Below, one piece after another: positions 26,266-33,580 of a DNA stretch of 64,000 nt. The position numbers were made by a program, and so were the translations under genes. Below the pieces are notes generated by a model that was not told where the DNA came from, made no database searches, and worked only from the letters and a program-made list of their open reading frames with translations. Location of the stretch: positions 1,628,817-1,692,816 of the forward strand of contig OZ255826.1 in NCBI GenBank assembly GCA_965277545.1. Reading direction: 5' to 3'. Every line of letters starts with the position of its first letter. Position 1 is the first letter of the stretch. The stretch comes from Edaphobacter sp. (GTDB taxonomy: Bacteria > Acidobacteriota > Terriglobia > Terriglobales > Acidobacteriaceae).

Positions 26266-26778
26266 ATGGAGACTACCAAAATTCGCATGAAGATTGGAAC
26301 TCACGAGTTTGAGGCCGAGGGTCCCGCTGAAACAGTAAAGGAGCAACTTGAGGCATTTCGCTCTCTTCTGAGTACAGGAGAGGCGATTGTGAAGACAATT
26401 GCATCTCCTGCCCAGCCTGAAAGTTCCGCTAAAACAGGCGATCCTACTCATGTCAGCCTAGAACGAATTATGCGAGTGCAAGGGCGCATTGTTTCGCTTA
26501 CTGCCATACCTGCCTCAGAGGGAGACGCGGCCCTGCTTGTGCTATTGGGAAACAAAGATATGCGAAACAACGAAGCCGTCACAGGTATGGAGATCGGAGA
26601 CGGCTTGGCGCAATCAGGACGCCCTGTCTCCCGCGTTGATCGGGTGATGGAGAAATTGAAAGAAGAGGCATTTGTCATGAAGTCTGGGTATCGGCGAGGC
26701 GTCAAGTACCGCCTCTCCAACTCGGGACACACAAAGGCTCTTGCTGTTGCAAGGGAGTTGATCGCGTCTCTTCCATAA
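26266..26778 (+). CDS. hypothetical protein with probable C-terminal winged-helix domain
   Basis: Strong AGGAG 7 nt upstream of the ATG. The C-terminal half (..AVTGMEIGDGLAQSGRPVSRVDRVMEKLKEEAFVMKSGYRRGVKYRLSNSG) looks like a wHTH; this is pattern recognition only. Confidence 0.55.
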   Translation: METTKIRMKIGTHEFEAEGPAETVKEQLEAFRSLLSTGEAIVKTIASPAQPESSAKTGDPTHVSLERIMRVQGRIVSLTAIPASEGDAALLVLLGNKDMRNNEAVTGMEIGDGLAQSGRPVSRVDRVMEKLKEEAFVMKSGYRRGVKYRLSNSGHTKALAVARELIASLP

Positions 26779-26863
26779 CGGGAGCGCGTTGGAGGGCACG
26801 ATGATAAGAAGAGCCGTAGCCCGTCGCCATCCCGTCCACCGTGACGGCGGGTGCAAGCAGAAA

Positions 26864-26906
26864 GCCTCGAATCGCTAACATCCTGTCGAGGGACGCGATT
26901 CGAGGC
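26864..26906 (+). other. Perfect 12-bp inverted repeat (hairpin) 14 nt upstream of the unusual tRNA
   Basis: GCCTCGAATCGC (26864-26875), 19-nt loop, GCGATTCGAGGC (26895-26906), followed by TTGGTGGTT. Confidence 0.6.
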
Positions 26907-26920
26907 TTGGTGGTTCCACT

Positions 26921-27010
26921 GGAGGGGTACTGTCGGCGGCGCGACTAGGAGCCTTATAAACTCCGAACGGCAGTGTGCAACCACTGCGGGTTCGACTCCC
27001 TACCTCTCCG
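26921..27010 (+). tRNA. Non-canonical tRNA-like gene, 9/3 (allo-tRNA-type) cloverleaf, anticodon UAU, Ser-type variable arm and G73
   Basis: Acceptor GGAGGGGTA (26921-29) pairs with TACCTCTCC (27001-09): 9 bp with one G-U. D stem GTCG/CGAC. Anticodon stem GGAGC/ACTCC, loop CTTATAA (anticodon TAT at 26955-57). Variable stem GCAGTG/CACTGC. T arm GGG-TTCGACT-CCC. Discriminator G 27010. No encoded CCA. Confidence 0.65.
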
Positions 27011-27059
27011 CTTCCCTCTAGTGTAAGCCAAGACTTGAGAAATTAATAGGGGTTTTGCG

Positions 27060-27299
27060 ATGGCGCTTTACAGATACAGTACCTTCCTGAGCATTCTTAA
27101 CAACGATGAATTCGACAAGATTTACAGTCCTGGCGACAGAACATCGTGGTCCGGCATATACAGATGCGAAGGCTGCGGACACGAGGCGGTACATACGATT
27201 GACAAGCCACTACCGCCTCAGAACCATCATCAACACAAACCAGGGCAAGGTTCTATTCGCTGGCGGTTGGTAGTAACTGATTCTGTCCCTCCTGCTTAG
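27060..27299 (+). CDS. hypothetical small protein (CxxC..H-rich)
   Basis: 79-aa ORF inside the AT-richer island with ..YRCEGCGHEAVH..NHHQH.. Its 3' end overlaps the convergent ORF 27253-27465 by 47 nt. Confidence 0.4.
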   Translation: MALYRYSTFLSILNNDEFDKIYSPGDRTSWSGIYRCEGCGHEAVHTIDKPLPPQNHHQHKPGQGSIRWRLVVTDSVPPA

Positions 27300-27465
27300 G
27301 CACACTTAGAAACATGGGTGTACACGGCTCCTGCGGACAGTTGCTCCAAAGGAGCCGTGCCATGTTGGGAAGAGCATCCGCAACCCCGATTGCACGTTCT
27401 GCTGGTACCTTATCCTTCATGAACTCCAGCACAGCCTTTACGTCCCTGTTCACCTCGATCTGCAT
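27253..27465 (-). CDS. hypothetical small protein
   Basis: 70-aa ORF. AGGAGG lies 6 nt upstream of its ATG (reverse complement of CCTCCT at 27472-27477). Confidence 0.45.
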   Translation of the reverse strand: MQIEVNRDVKAVLEFMKDKVPAERAIGVADALPNMARLLWSNCPQEPCTPMFLSVPKQEGQNQLLPTASE

Positions 27466-27692
27466 TTGATCCTCCTGTTAATCAGGAGATTAACATAAGT
27501 AAAATTATGTGTCAAGTGCATAATTCCCCCCCCCCAAGTGACTCATTATAGGCAACTTGCAAAATAGAGGGGGGAGGGGGGTACCCCCTCGTGATCCTAG
27601 TCTAAGTAATTCCCTCGCTGCGACGCCAAAATACCAGGGTGCCCCATAACCGGACTCTCGGACATGGGCCAACGACTTCGCCACCAAGCTAG

Positions 27693-27807
27693 ACCGTTTT
27701 CCTATCAAGTGTTAACAGAAATTGGGTGCCCCATCCTTTGTGCGTCCTTTGCACAAAGGGTGGGAGACCACGACTCTTTCCCCACCGTTCACACGCTGAC
27801 TGAAAAT
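27693..27807. repeat. MITE-like repeat family D, copy 2
   Basis: CCGTTTTCCTATCAAGTGTTAAC..GGGTGCCCCATCC..GGTGGGAGACCACGACTCTTTCCCC..GTTCACACGCTGACTGAAAATG. Confidence 0.8.
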
Positions 27808-27906
27808 GCTCTAAAACCGCAGCGAAGCCGCGATGAACAGCAGGGCGAGGCCAAAACGCAACTATCCTTCGGCTGCCCGCGAACCCAGCAAGGCGGACCC
27901 TCCGGC

Positions 27907-29244
27907 CTACCCCTGCTTGTTCACAATGACCTTGTTCTCGAAGTACGAAGCATTCGCCATGTGGCAGGCCGCGGCGGCATGATGGCCGAAGACGACATCC
28001 TCAGCCACCGGCTTGCGCGAGCGAACCGCATTGAAGAACGTCGCCAGATGCGGCTTCAGGTCGTCCCAGGTCGGTCCATGCCAGCTCGTCGTCTCGTCCA
28101 GCATGTGCTGGTCGAGAAAGGGATCGTGCTCGGCATGCCACTGCTTCTCGTAAGCCGCGTGCATCGCCGCGGGAAACCCGCGAATGCCATAGTCCGGCGA
28201 GCTGTCGATGCCGAGCTGCGGCATCAGCGTGGTCGTGTTATTCGAAACTTCGATCACCCCCTTCGGCCCCATCACGCGGGTCACTTCGGGAGTCTCGGTG
28301 CCGAGCGTCAGCCGCACCGTCACCGGCACGGCGCCATAGGAGAACGTGGTCACCATCATATCCGGCATGTTGCGGCCGTCTTTCCACCGCACAATGCCGC
28401 CGAAGGAGTACGCCTTGTCGGGAATCCGGTTGATGCCGGTGATGAACTGCATGCCGCTCAGCAGATGCACCATCAGGTCGCCCGCCATGCCCGTGCCGTA
28501 CTCGTGATACGCGCGCCAGCTGGCAAAGCGCTTCGGGTCGAAGTCTCGCTTCGGAGCATCGCCCAGCCAGGTCTTCCAGTCCAGCGTCGCCGGCGAGAGG
28601 TCGAGCGGCGGCGGATACTCCCACGCCCCGCCGGGCGAGTTGCGGCCGAGCTGCAGCTCCACCTGGTGCACGTCGCCGATCGCCCCGCTGTCGCAAAGCT
28701 CCTTCGCCTTGAGAAACAGCGCCGAGCTGACCCGCTGCGAGCCGACCTGGACGAAGTTCTTCGATGCCTGGACGGCGCGCACCATCTCCTCGCCCTCGGC
28801 GATCGAGTGCGACATCGGCTTTTCGCAGTGCACATCCTTGCCCGCTTTGATCGCATCGATCGTGATCTGCTTGTGCCAATGGTCGGGAACGGCGACGACG
28901 ACAGCCTCGATGTTCTTGTCGTCGAGAATCTCCTGGTAGCGCCGCGTGGTGCGGATCTCATCCCCGGCGATCTCGCGCGCCAGGGTGTGGCGCCCGTCAT
29001 AGAGATCGCAGGCCGCCACGCACTTGGCCTGCGGCAGGGTCACCGCGGCGCGCAGCAGCGAAGACCCTTCGATGCCGACGCCGATGCTGGCAAAACGCAC
29101 TGGATCGCCGCCCGCGGTATCGGCCGCCTGCTTGGCCTGCCCCTGAGTTTGCGCCTGGAGTGCGGAGTGCGCTCCCGGCAACACCGAAGCCACAGCCAGG
29201 CCGGTGCCGGACTGCAGGAAGTTTCTACGCGAAAACACTGTCAT
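27907..29244 (-). CDS. Gfo/Idh/MocA family oxidoreductase with Tat signal
   Basis: MTVFSRRNFLQSG.. is a twin-arginine leader. Rossmann segment ..RFASIGVGIEG.. and ..VVVAVPDHWH.. are typical of the family. Confidence 0.9.
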   Translation of the reverse strand: MTVFSRRNFLQSGTGLAVASVLPGAHSALQAQTQGQAKQAADTAGGDPVRFASIGVGIEGSSLLRAAVTLPQAKCVAACDLYDGRHTLAREIAGDEIRTTRRYQEILDDKNIEAVVVAVPDHWHKQITIDAIKAGKDVHCEKPMSHSIAEGEEMVRAVQASKNFVQVGSQRVSSALFLKAKELCDSGAIGDVHQVELQLGRNSPGGAWEYPPPLDLSPATLDWKTWLGDAPKRDFDPKRFASWRAYHEYGTGMAGDLMVHLLSGMQFITGINRIPDKAYSFGGIVRWKDGRNMPDMMVTTFSYGAVPVTVRLTLGTETPEVTRVMGPKGVIEVSNNTTTLMPQLGIDSSPDYGIRGFPAAMHAAYEKQWHAEHDPFLDQHMLDETTSWHGPTWDDLKPHLATFFNAVRSRKPVAEDVVFGHHAAAACHMANASYFENKVIVNKQG

Positions 29245-29419
29245 TCTTCAATCCCTTTTTGAGTGACTTCAGACATGGAGAGGTACGAGCGGCCGGGAAG
29301 AACGAGTTCAATCGCACGGCCAGACGGATGGATGCACTCAAGAGAAAGACTAAATGATCGGGAGCACCAGATGTCGAACCATCAGGCTCGCCGATCAATC
29401 TACGGAGGAAAAAGAAAGT

Positions 29420-29547
29420 TGTTCGGGACGACTAGATTCGAACTAGCGACCTCACCCACCATTGTGCGGAGCAAGGAAAAAGTTGGTCGGGACGACTAGA
29501 TTCGAACTAGCGACCTCACCCACCATTGTGCGGAGCAAGGAAAAAGT
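29420..29547 (-). repeat. Two tandem copies of the 3' 41 nt of tRNA-Pro plus a 23-nt spacer (64-bp period)
   Basis: TG(T/G)TCGGGACGACTAGATTCGAACTAGCGACCTCACCCACC at 29420-29460 and 29484-29524. Each is followed by ATTGTGCGGAGCAAGGAAAAAGT. The third unit is the real tRNA. Confidence 0.85.
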
Positions 29548-29624
29548 TGGTCGGGACGACTAGATTCGAACTAGCGACCTCACCCACCCCAAGGGTGCGC
29601 TCTACCAGGCTGAGCCACGTCCCG
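29548..29624 (-). tRNA. tRNA-Pro (anticodon GGG)
   Basis: Reverse complement: CGGGACG-TG-GCTC-AGCCTGGTA-GAGC-G-CACCC-TTGGGGT-GGGTG-AGGTC-GCTAG-TTCGAAT-CTAGT-CGTCCCG-A-CCA. Confidence 0.9.
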
Positions 29625-29714
29625 ACTGTTGCTTGGCACGTCAGCCCGGGCGGGCGACGGCGGGGTATCCTGTAGCCCTAAGTGTACACGAACCACTCAG
29701 CCGCTCGCGCTGCT

Positions 29715-29987
29715 TTACTTGCTCGGCGCGACGAACTCCTTCGGCAGTTCCCCTCCGCCGCCAAAGAAAAAGTCGTTCATCTGCTCCACCAGAAACTCCT
29801 GCGCCTCCCGCGTCCAGGGCTGCAGCCGGTACTCGTTCAACAGCATCTTCTGCCGCTCCACCCATTCGCCCCAGCTCTTCTTCGAGACGTTCTTGAAAAT
29901 CTTCTGCCCAAAGTCCGAATCGAACGGCGGCTCCTCCAGCCCTTCCATCTCCGTCTTGAACCGCGTATCGAAAACCATATGCGCCAT
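29715..29987 (-). CDS. yggX: Fe(2+)-trafficking / oxidative damage protection protein YggX
   Basis: 90 aa. ..GLEEPPF..FGQKIFKNVSKKSWGEWVERQKMLLNEYRL.PWT.EAQEFL.EQM..FFFG matches YggX along its whole length. Confidence 0.85.
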   Translation of the reverse strand: MAHMVFDTRFKTEMEGLEEPPFDSDFGQKIFKNVSKKSWGEWVERQKMLLNEYRLQPWTREAQEFLVEQMNDFFFGGGGELPKEFVAPSK

Positions 29988-30053
29988 GTTGTAAGCTCCC
30001 TTGGAACTTCTATCTTACGATGCCGTATCTCTCATTGCGCGCCGGGAAACCCA

Positions 30054-30530
30054 ATGACCATCGCCTACGACATAGCGACCGCAACGATAGCTGCCATGAT
30101 GACAGGCAGCGAATTCGCCATAGCCGCCTTCGTCCATCCGCAACTCCGGCGTTTGCATGACGCGGCGCACGCCCACACCGCTGTCCCTCTGGCACGCTCG
30201 CTCGGCAAAGTAATGCCCCTCTGGTACGCCGTTGCTCTCGCGCTCATCCTGGGAGCAGCCTTCGAGCATCGCCCCATCACGAACGGCCCGGGTCTTCTTA
30301 TCGCCGCCGCCGCCGCAATCTGGGCCGCCGTCATCGTATTCACCGTAACGGCGCTTGTACCTATTAACAATCGCATCGCAAAGATGAACCCCAACCAGCC
30401 TCACAGCGGATGGTTGCAGGATCGCGCCCGTTGGGACCGGTTCCATCGGATCAGAGTCATGCTCTTGATCGCCGCCCTCATTCTTCTGCTCACCGGCCTG
30501 CTCAGACACGCCGCAGCCGCGGCCCTCTAA
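30054..30530 (+). CDS. DUF1772-like membrane protein
   Basis: Start taken at ATG 30054, because the upstream part of track ORF 29682 is antisense to yggX. Four helices plus ..VPINNRIA.. as in DUF1772/anthrone-oxygenase-like proteins. Confidence 0.65.
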   Translation: MTIAYDIATATIAAMMTGSEFAIAAFVHPQLRRLHDAAHAHTAVPLARSLGKVMPLWYAVALALILGAAFEHRPITNGPGLLIAAAAAIWAAVIVFTVTALVPINNRIAKMNPNQPHSGWLQDRARWDRFHRIRVMLLIAALILLLTGLLRHAAAAAL

Positions 30531-30539
30531 AACAAAGTT

Positions 30540-30665
30540 CAGGTTGCTGTGCCCGGTCTTTGCCGTTGCTTTTCTGGTTGTCATCCTCGGAGAGGATCTG
30601 CTGTTCGCCTTTGCAGTTGCCGTTGCTTTTCTGGTAGTCAATCTCGAAGAGGATCTGCTGTTCTT
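30540..30665 (+). repeat. Repeat family E, copies 4a and 4b in tandem
   Basis: GCCGTTGCTTTTCTGGTTGTC-ATCCTC-GGA-GAGGAT-CTGCTGTTC (hairpin 30583-30597) and GCCGTTGCTTTTCTGGTAGTCA-ATCTC-GAA-GAGGAT-CTGCTGTTC (30641-30654). Confidence 0.8.
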
Positions 30666-30694
30666 GCCTCGGGTACAGCTATGTTGAGATTGCT

Positions 30695-33403
30695 CTAACG
30701 CCGCTTCCCCTTCGCCTTCTTGCTGCGCTCGCGCGCCTTCGACTTCGTCTTGCCCTTCTTTCCCGAGCGGTTCGGACTCGCATGAGGCCGCGCCCCATCG
30801 GCACTTGCCGCCGTCTTCGACCTCCTCAGTGAGCGCGACTCCACCACCACATCCTCCGCCCCCGGCAGCAGCGCAAATTGTAACCTGCGCTGTTGCCTGT
30901 CGATCCGGTCGAGCAGCACATGTACCCGCTGGCCCATCTTGAACACCCGCCCGTTGCGCGCGCCCACGATCCGCCGGTCTGTATCGCGAAACACATACCG
31001 GTCGTCTGCAAGCGAGGTCAGCGGCACGAGGCCTTCGATGAACAGGTTGTCGAGCTCCACGAAGAACCCGTACTTCGTGCACGACAGGATGATCGCATCG
31101 AAGTCCTCACCCACGCGATCCTGCATGAACTTGATCTTCTTCCACTCGATCAGCTCGCGCTCCGCATCATCGGCGCGCCTTTCGGCCTGGCTCGACTCGG
31201 TTGCGATCGCCTGCAGCTCCGTCTCCGGGATCGGCCCCTGCAACTCCGCTCTTTCTGGACGAACCGCTGGCCTCTCACTCCAGGGCTGCGGCGCATCCGA
31301 AAGGATCGCCCCGCCCCGCGTGTCCGTGCCGCTTCGAATCAGCTCCCGCAGCAGCCGATGCACAATCAAATCCGGATACCGCCGGATCGGCGACGTGAAG
31401 TGCGTGTAGCTCGGCGAAGCCAGCGCGAAGTGCCCCACGTTCTTCTCGCTGTACCGAGCCTGCTTCAACGACCGCAGCATTAGGTACGACAGAATCCGCT
31501 CCTCCGGCTTGCCCGCAATCTTCGCCGTCAGCCGCTGGTACATCTGCGGGGTGACTGGAATCGCCTCGGCCACCTCATGCGTCTTCGCCTGCTGCCCGCT
31601 CCCGCGAGCATCGCGCCGGTCGCCCTTCATCTGTATCCGCTTCACCGGCAGGCTGCTGAATCCAAGCGAATACCCGAACTGACTCGCCGTCTCCTCGAAG
31701 TCCACGATCCGCTTCGGATCGGGAATCTCATGAATCCGGTACACGCTCGCCACGCCCTGCGCCTCGATCCACGTCGCCACGCACTCATTCGCCGACAGCA
31801 TGAACTCCTCGATCAGCCGATGCGACCACCCGCGCTGCGAACGCACAATCGCCTCCATGTTGCCGTCCGGATCGAACTGGATGACCGGCTCCGGCAGATC
31901 GAAGTCGATTGACCCCCTTCGGTGCCGCTTCGCATTCAGCTTCAAGGCAAGCTCATACATGCGCTCGAACTCCGGCACCAGCTCCGCAAAATCAGCCCTC
32001 GTCGCCGCATCGCCATCGAGCACGGCCTGCACCTGCGTGTACGTCAGCCGCCGCGCGCTGCGAATGACGCCCTCGCACACCTCGTACCCAAGCACCTCGC
32101 CGCGCGCATCGATCTGCATGACGCAGCTCAGCACCAGCCGGTCCTCGTCCGGCCGCAGGCTGCACATCCCGCTTGAAAGCTGCGGCGGCAGCATCGGAAT
32201 CGCGCGATCGGGAAAGTAGACCGAAGTCCCACGCAGCCGCGCCTCGAGATCAAGCGCCGTCCCAGGCCGCACATACTGGCTCACATCGGCGATATGCACC
32301 TGCAGCTCCCACGTTCCATCGCCAAGCTCCCGCACCAGCACCGCATCGTCGAAGTCCCGCGCCGTCTCGCCATCGATCGTCACAATCGGCAAGCCGCGAA
32401 AGTCCCGCCTGCCCTTCGTCATCCCAGCACGAAGACTGGGCGGCTCAGAGCCCTCGGTCGGAAGATGCGTCTGCTCCGCGCTGGCCGAGGCCTCCGCCAG
32501 CACGTTCGCCGGAAAGACATGCGGCAGATGATGCTTGCGGATAATGATCTCGACATCGACACCGAACGCATCCGGCGGCCCGAGCACCTCGATCACGCGT
32601 CCCTTCGCCGGCCGCCCGACGCCGGGAAAGTCGGTGATCTCCACATCGACGGCGAGGCCCTCAAGAGGCCGGTGCAGGTCGAGCTCATCGGCCCAGTGCA
32701 CTTGCTGCACATGAGCCTCTTCGCCAAGCACGCGATGGGGCGTGGCCCTGGCGATCGAAGCCGCCTCCCCGCCTTCCGGAATGAGGATGGGCTGCGTCAT
32801 GCGTTCATCGAGCGGCTGCACATAGTTGCCGCGCATCATCGACGTATCGTCCCACGCACTGCCGCGATTGGCGCGGGCGTAATGGAAGATCCCGACAACG
32901 GTAGGATTCCTCCGATTGAGCACCCGCGCGACCCGCCCCGATCGCCGCCCATCCCGTCCCGGCGGCGCCTCGTCGACCAGCACTTCATCGCCCTGCATGG
33001 CGTCGTTGAGTTCGTTCGGCGGAATGAACAGATCGTCGCTGCGGTCCACGCTGCCGTTGGGCCGCACGAATCCATAGCCGTCGCGATGCAGATCAAGTCT
33101 TCCGGCTACCAGCCGGTCTCGCGTGGCGCGATGCTCAGCCGGGCGCTCCATGGCTCCCTCTCGCCTTATGCGCCTTGTCTTCTCCGGCACCGCGGCCGGC
33201 AGGCTCCATTGCTCGGTGTCGATCTTCACCAGCTCGCCGCGCGCAGTGATGCGGGCAAGCTGCTCCAGCAATAATCGGCGCTCACGTCCGCCGCCTAGCC
33301 CTAACTCACGAATCAACTGCTTGTACCCGGCGCGATGGCCAGGCGAACGCTCGATCAACCGCATCAGTGCGCGATCCGTCTGCGGATAGGGAGTCTGGGC
33401 CAT
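30695..33403 (-). CDS. rnr: ribonuclease R
   Basis: 902 aa with N-terminal HTH/cold-shock-like regions. RNB domain motifs (..TIDGETARDFDDAV.., ..VYFPDRAIPMLP.., ..HFALASPSYTHFTSPIRRYPDL..). S1 domain and Lys/Arg-rich tail. Confidence 0.95.
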   Translation of the reverse strand: MAQTPYPQTDRALMRLIERSPGHRAGYKQLIRELGLGGGRERRLLLEQLARITARGELVKIDTEQWSLPAAVPEKTRRIRREGAMERPAEHRATRDRLVAGRLDLHRDGYGFVRPNGSVDRSDDLFIPPNELNDAMQGDEVLVDEAPPGRDGRRSGRVARVLNRRNPTVVGIFHYARANRGSAWDDTSMMRGNYVQPLDERMTQPILIPEGGEAASIARATPHRVLGEEAHVQQVHWADELDLHRPLEGLAVDVEITDFPGVGRPAKGRVIEVLGPPDAFGVDVEIIIRKHHLPHVFPANVLAEASASAEQTHLPTEGSEPPSLRAGMTKGRRDFRGLPIVTIDGETARDFDDAVLVRELGDGTWELQVHIADVSQYVRPGTALDLEARLRGTSVYFPDRAIPMLPPQLSSGMCSLRPDEDRLVLSCVMQIDARGEVLGYEVCEGVIRSARRLTYTQVQAVLDGDAATRADFAELVPEFERMYELALKLNAKRHRRGSIDFDLPEPVIQFDPDGNMEAIVRSQRGWSHRLIEEFMLSANECVATWIEAQGVASVYRIHEIPDPKRIVDFEETASQFGYSLGFSSLPVKRIQMKGDRRDARGSGQQAKTHEVAEAIPVTPQMYQRLTAKIAGKPEERILSYLMLRSLKQARYSEKNVGHFALASPSYTHFTSPIRRYPDLIVHRLLRELIRSGTDTRGGAILSDAPQPWSERPAVRPERAELQGPIPETELQAIATESSQAERRADDAERELIEWKKIKFMQDRVGEDFDAIILSCTKYGFFVELDNLFIEGLVPLTSLADDRYVFRDTDRRIVGARNGRVFKMGQRVHVLLDRIDRQQRRLQFALLPGAEDVVVESRSLRRSKTAASADGARPHASPNRSGKKGKTKSKARERSKKAKGKRR

Positions 33404-33580
33404 TGTCTTCGAGAATACAAGAAGGGCAGGGAGGAGGAAGGAGGGTAGAGGGGATAGAAAACTAACAAGCCTCAGCTCGCGGCAACGATCATGCGGTCAT
33501 GACGGCATTAGTCGCACGGGCCTCAAGAATGGAAGCAACAGCACACCTCGAAGCATGACAAAAGGTGTTTTCTCCACCCT

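Larger units (their letters stand above)
24871..27525 (+). mobile_element. IS1595-family-like transposable unit with passenger genes (transposase, 4 small ORFs and an unusual tRNA gene)
   Basis: AATTATACACTTGACACATAA (24871-24891) matches the reverse complement of TTATGTGTCAAGTGCATAATT (27505-27525) at 20/21 positions. No copy of this repeat lies directly after the transposase stop. The segment is visibly AT-richer than its surroundings. Confidence 0.6.

Noticed and set aside
26921-27010. The unusual tRNA considered as tRNA-Sec or as a tmRNA/tRNA 3' fragment marking an att site
   Set aside because: The anticodon is UAU, not UCA, and the helix split is 9/3 rather than the bacterial Sec 8/5. 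A complete cloverleaf with its own 5' acceptor strand is present, so it is not a mere 3' fragment. No tmRNA-like pseudoknot or tag ORF follows.
29401-29547. Regular 64-bp repeat/spacer array considered as a mini CRISPR
   Set aside because: The repeats are the 3' part of the adjacent tRNA-Pro. The 'spacers' are identical to each other, there are only two or three units, and there are no cas genes.
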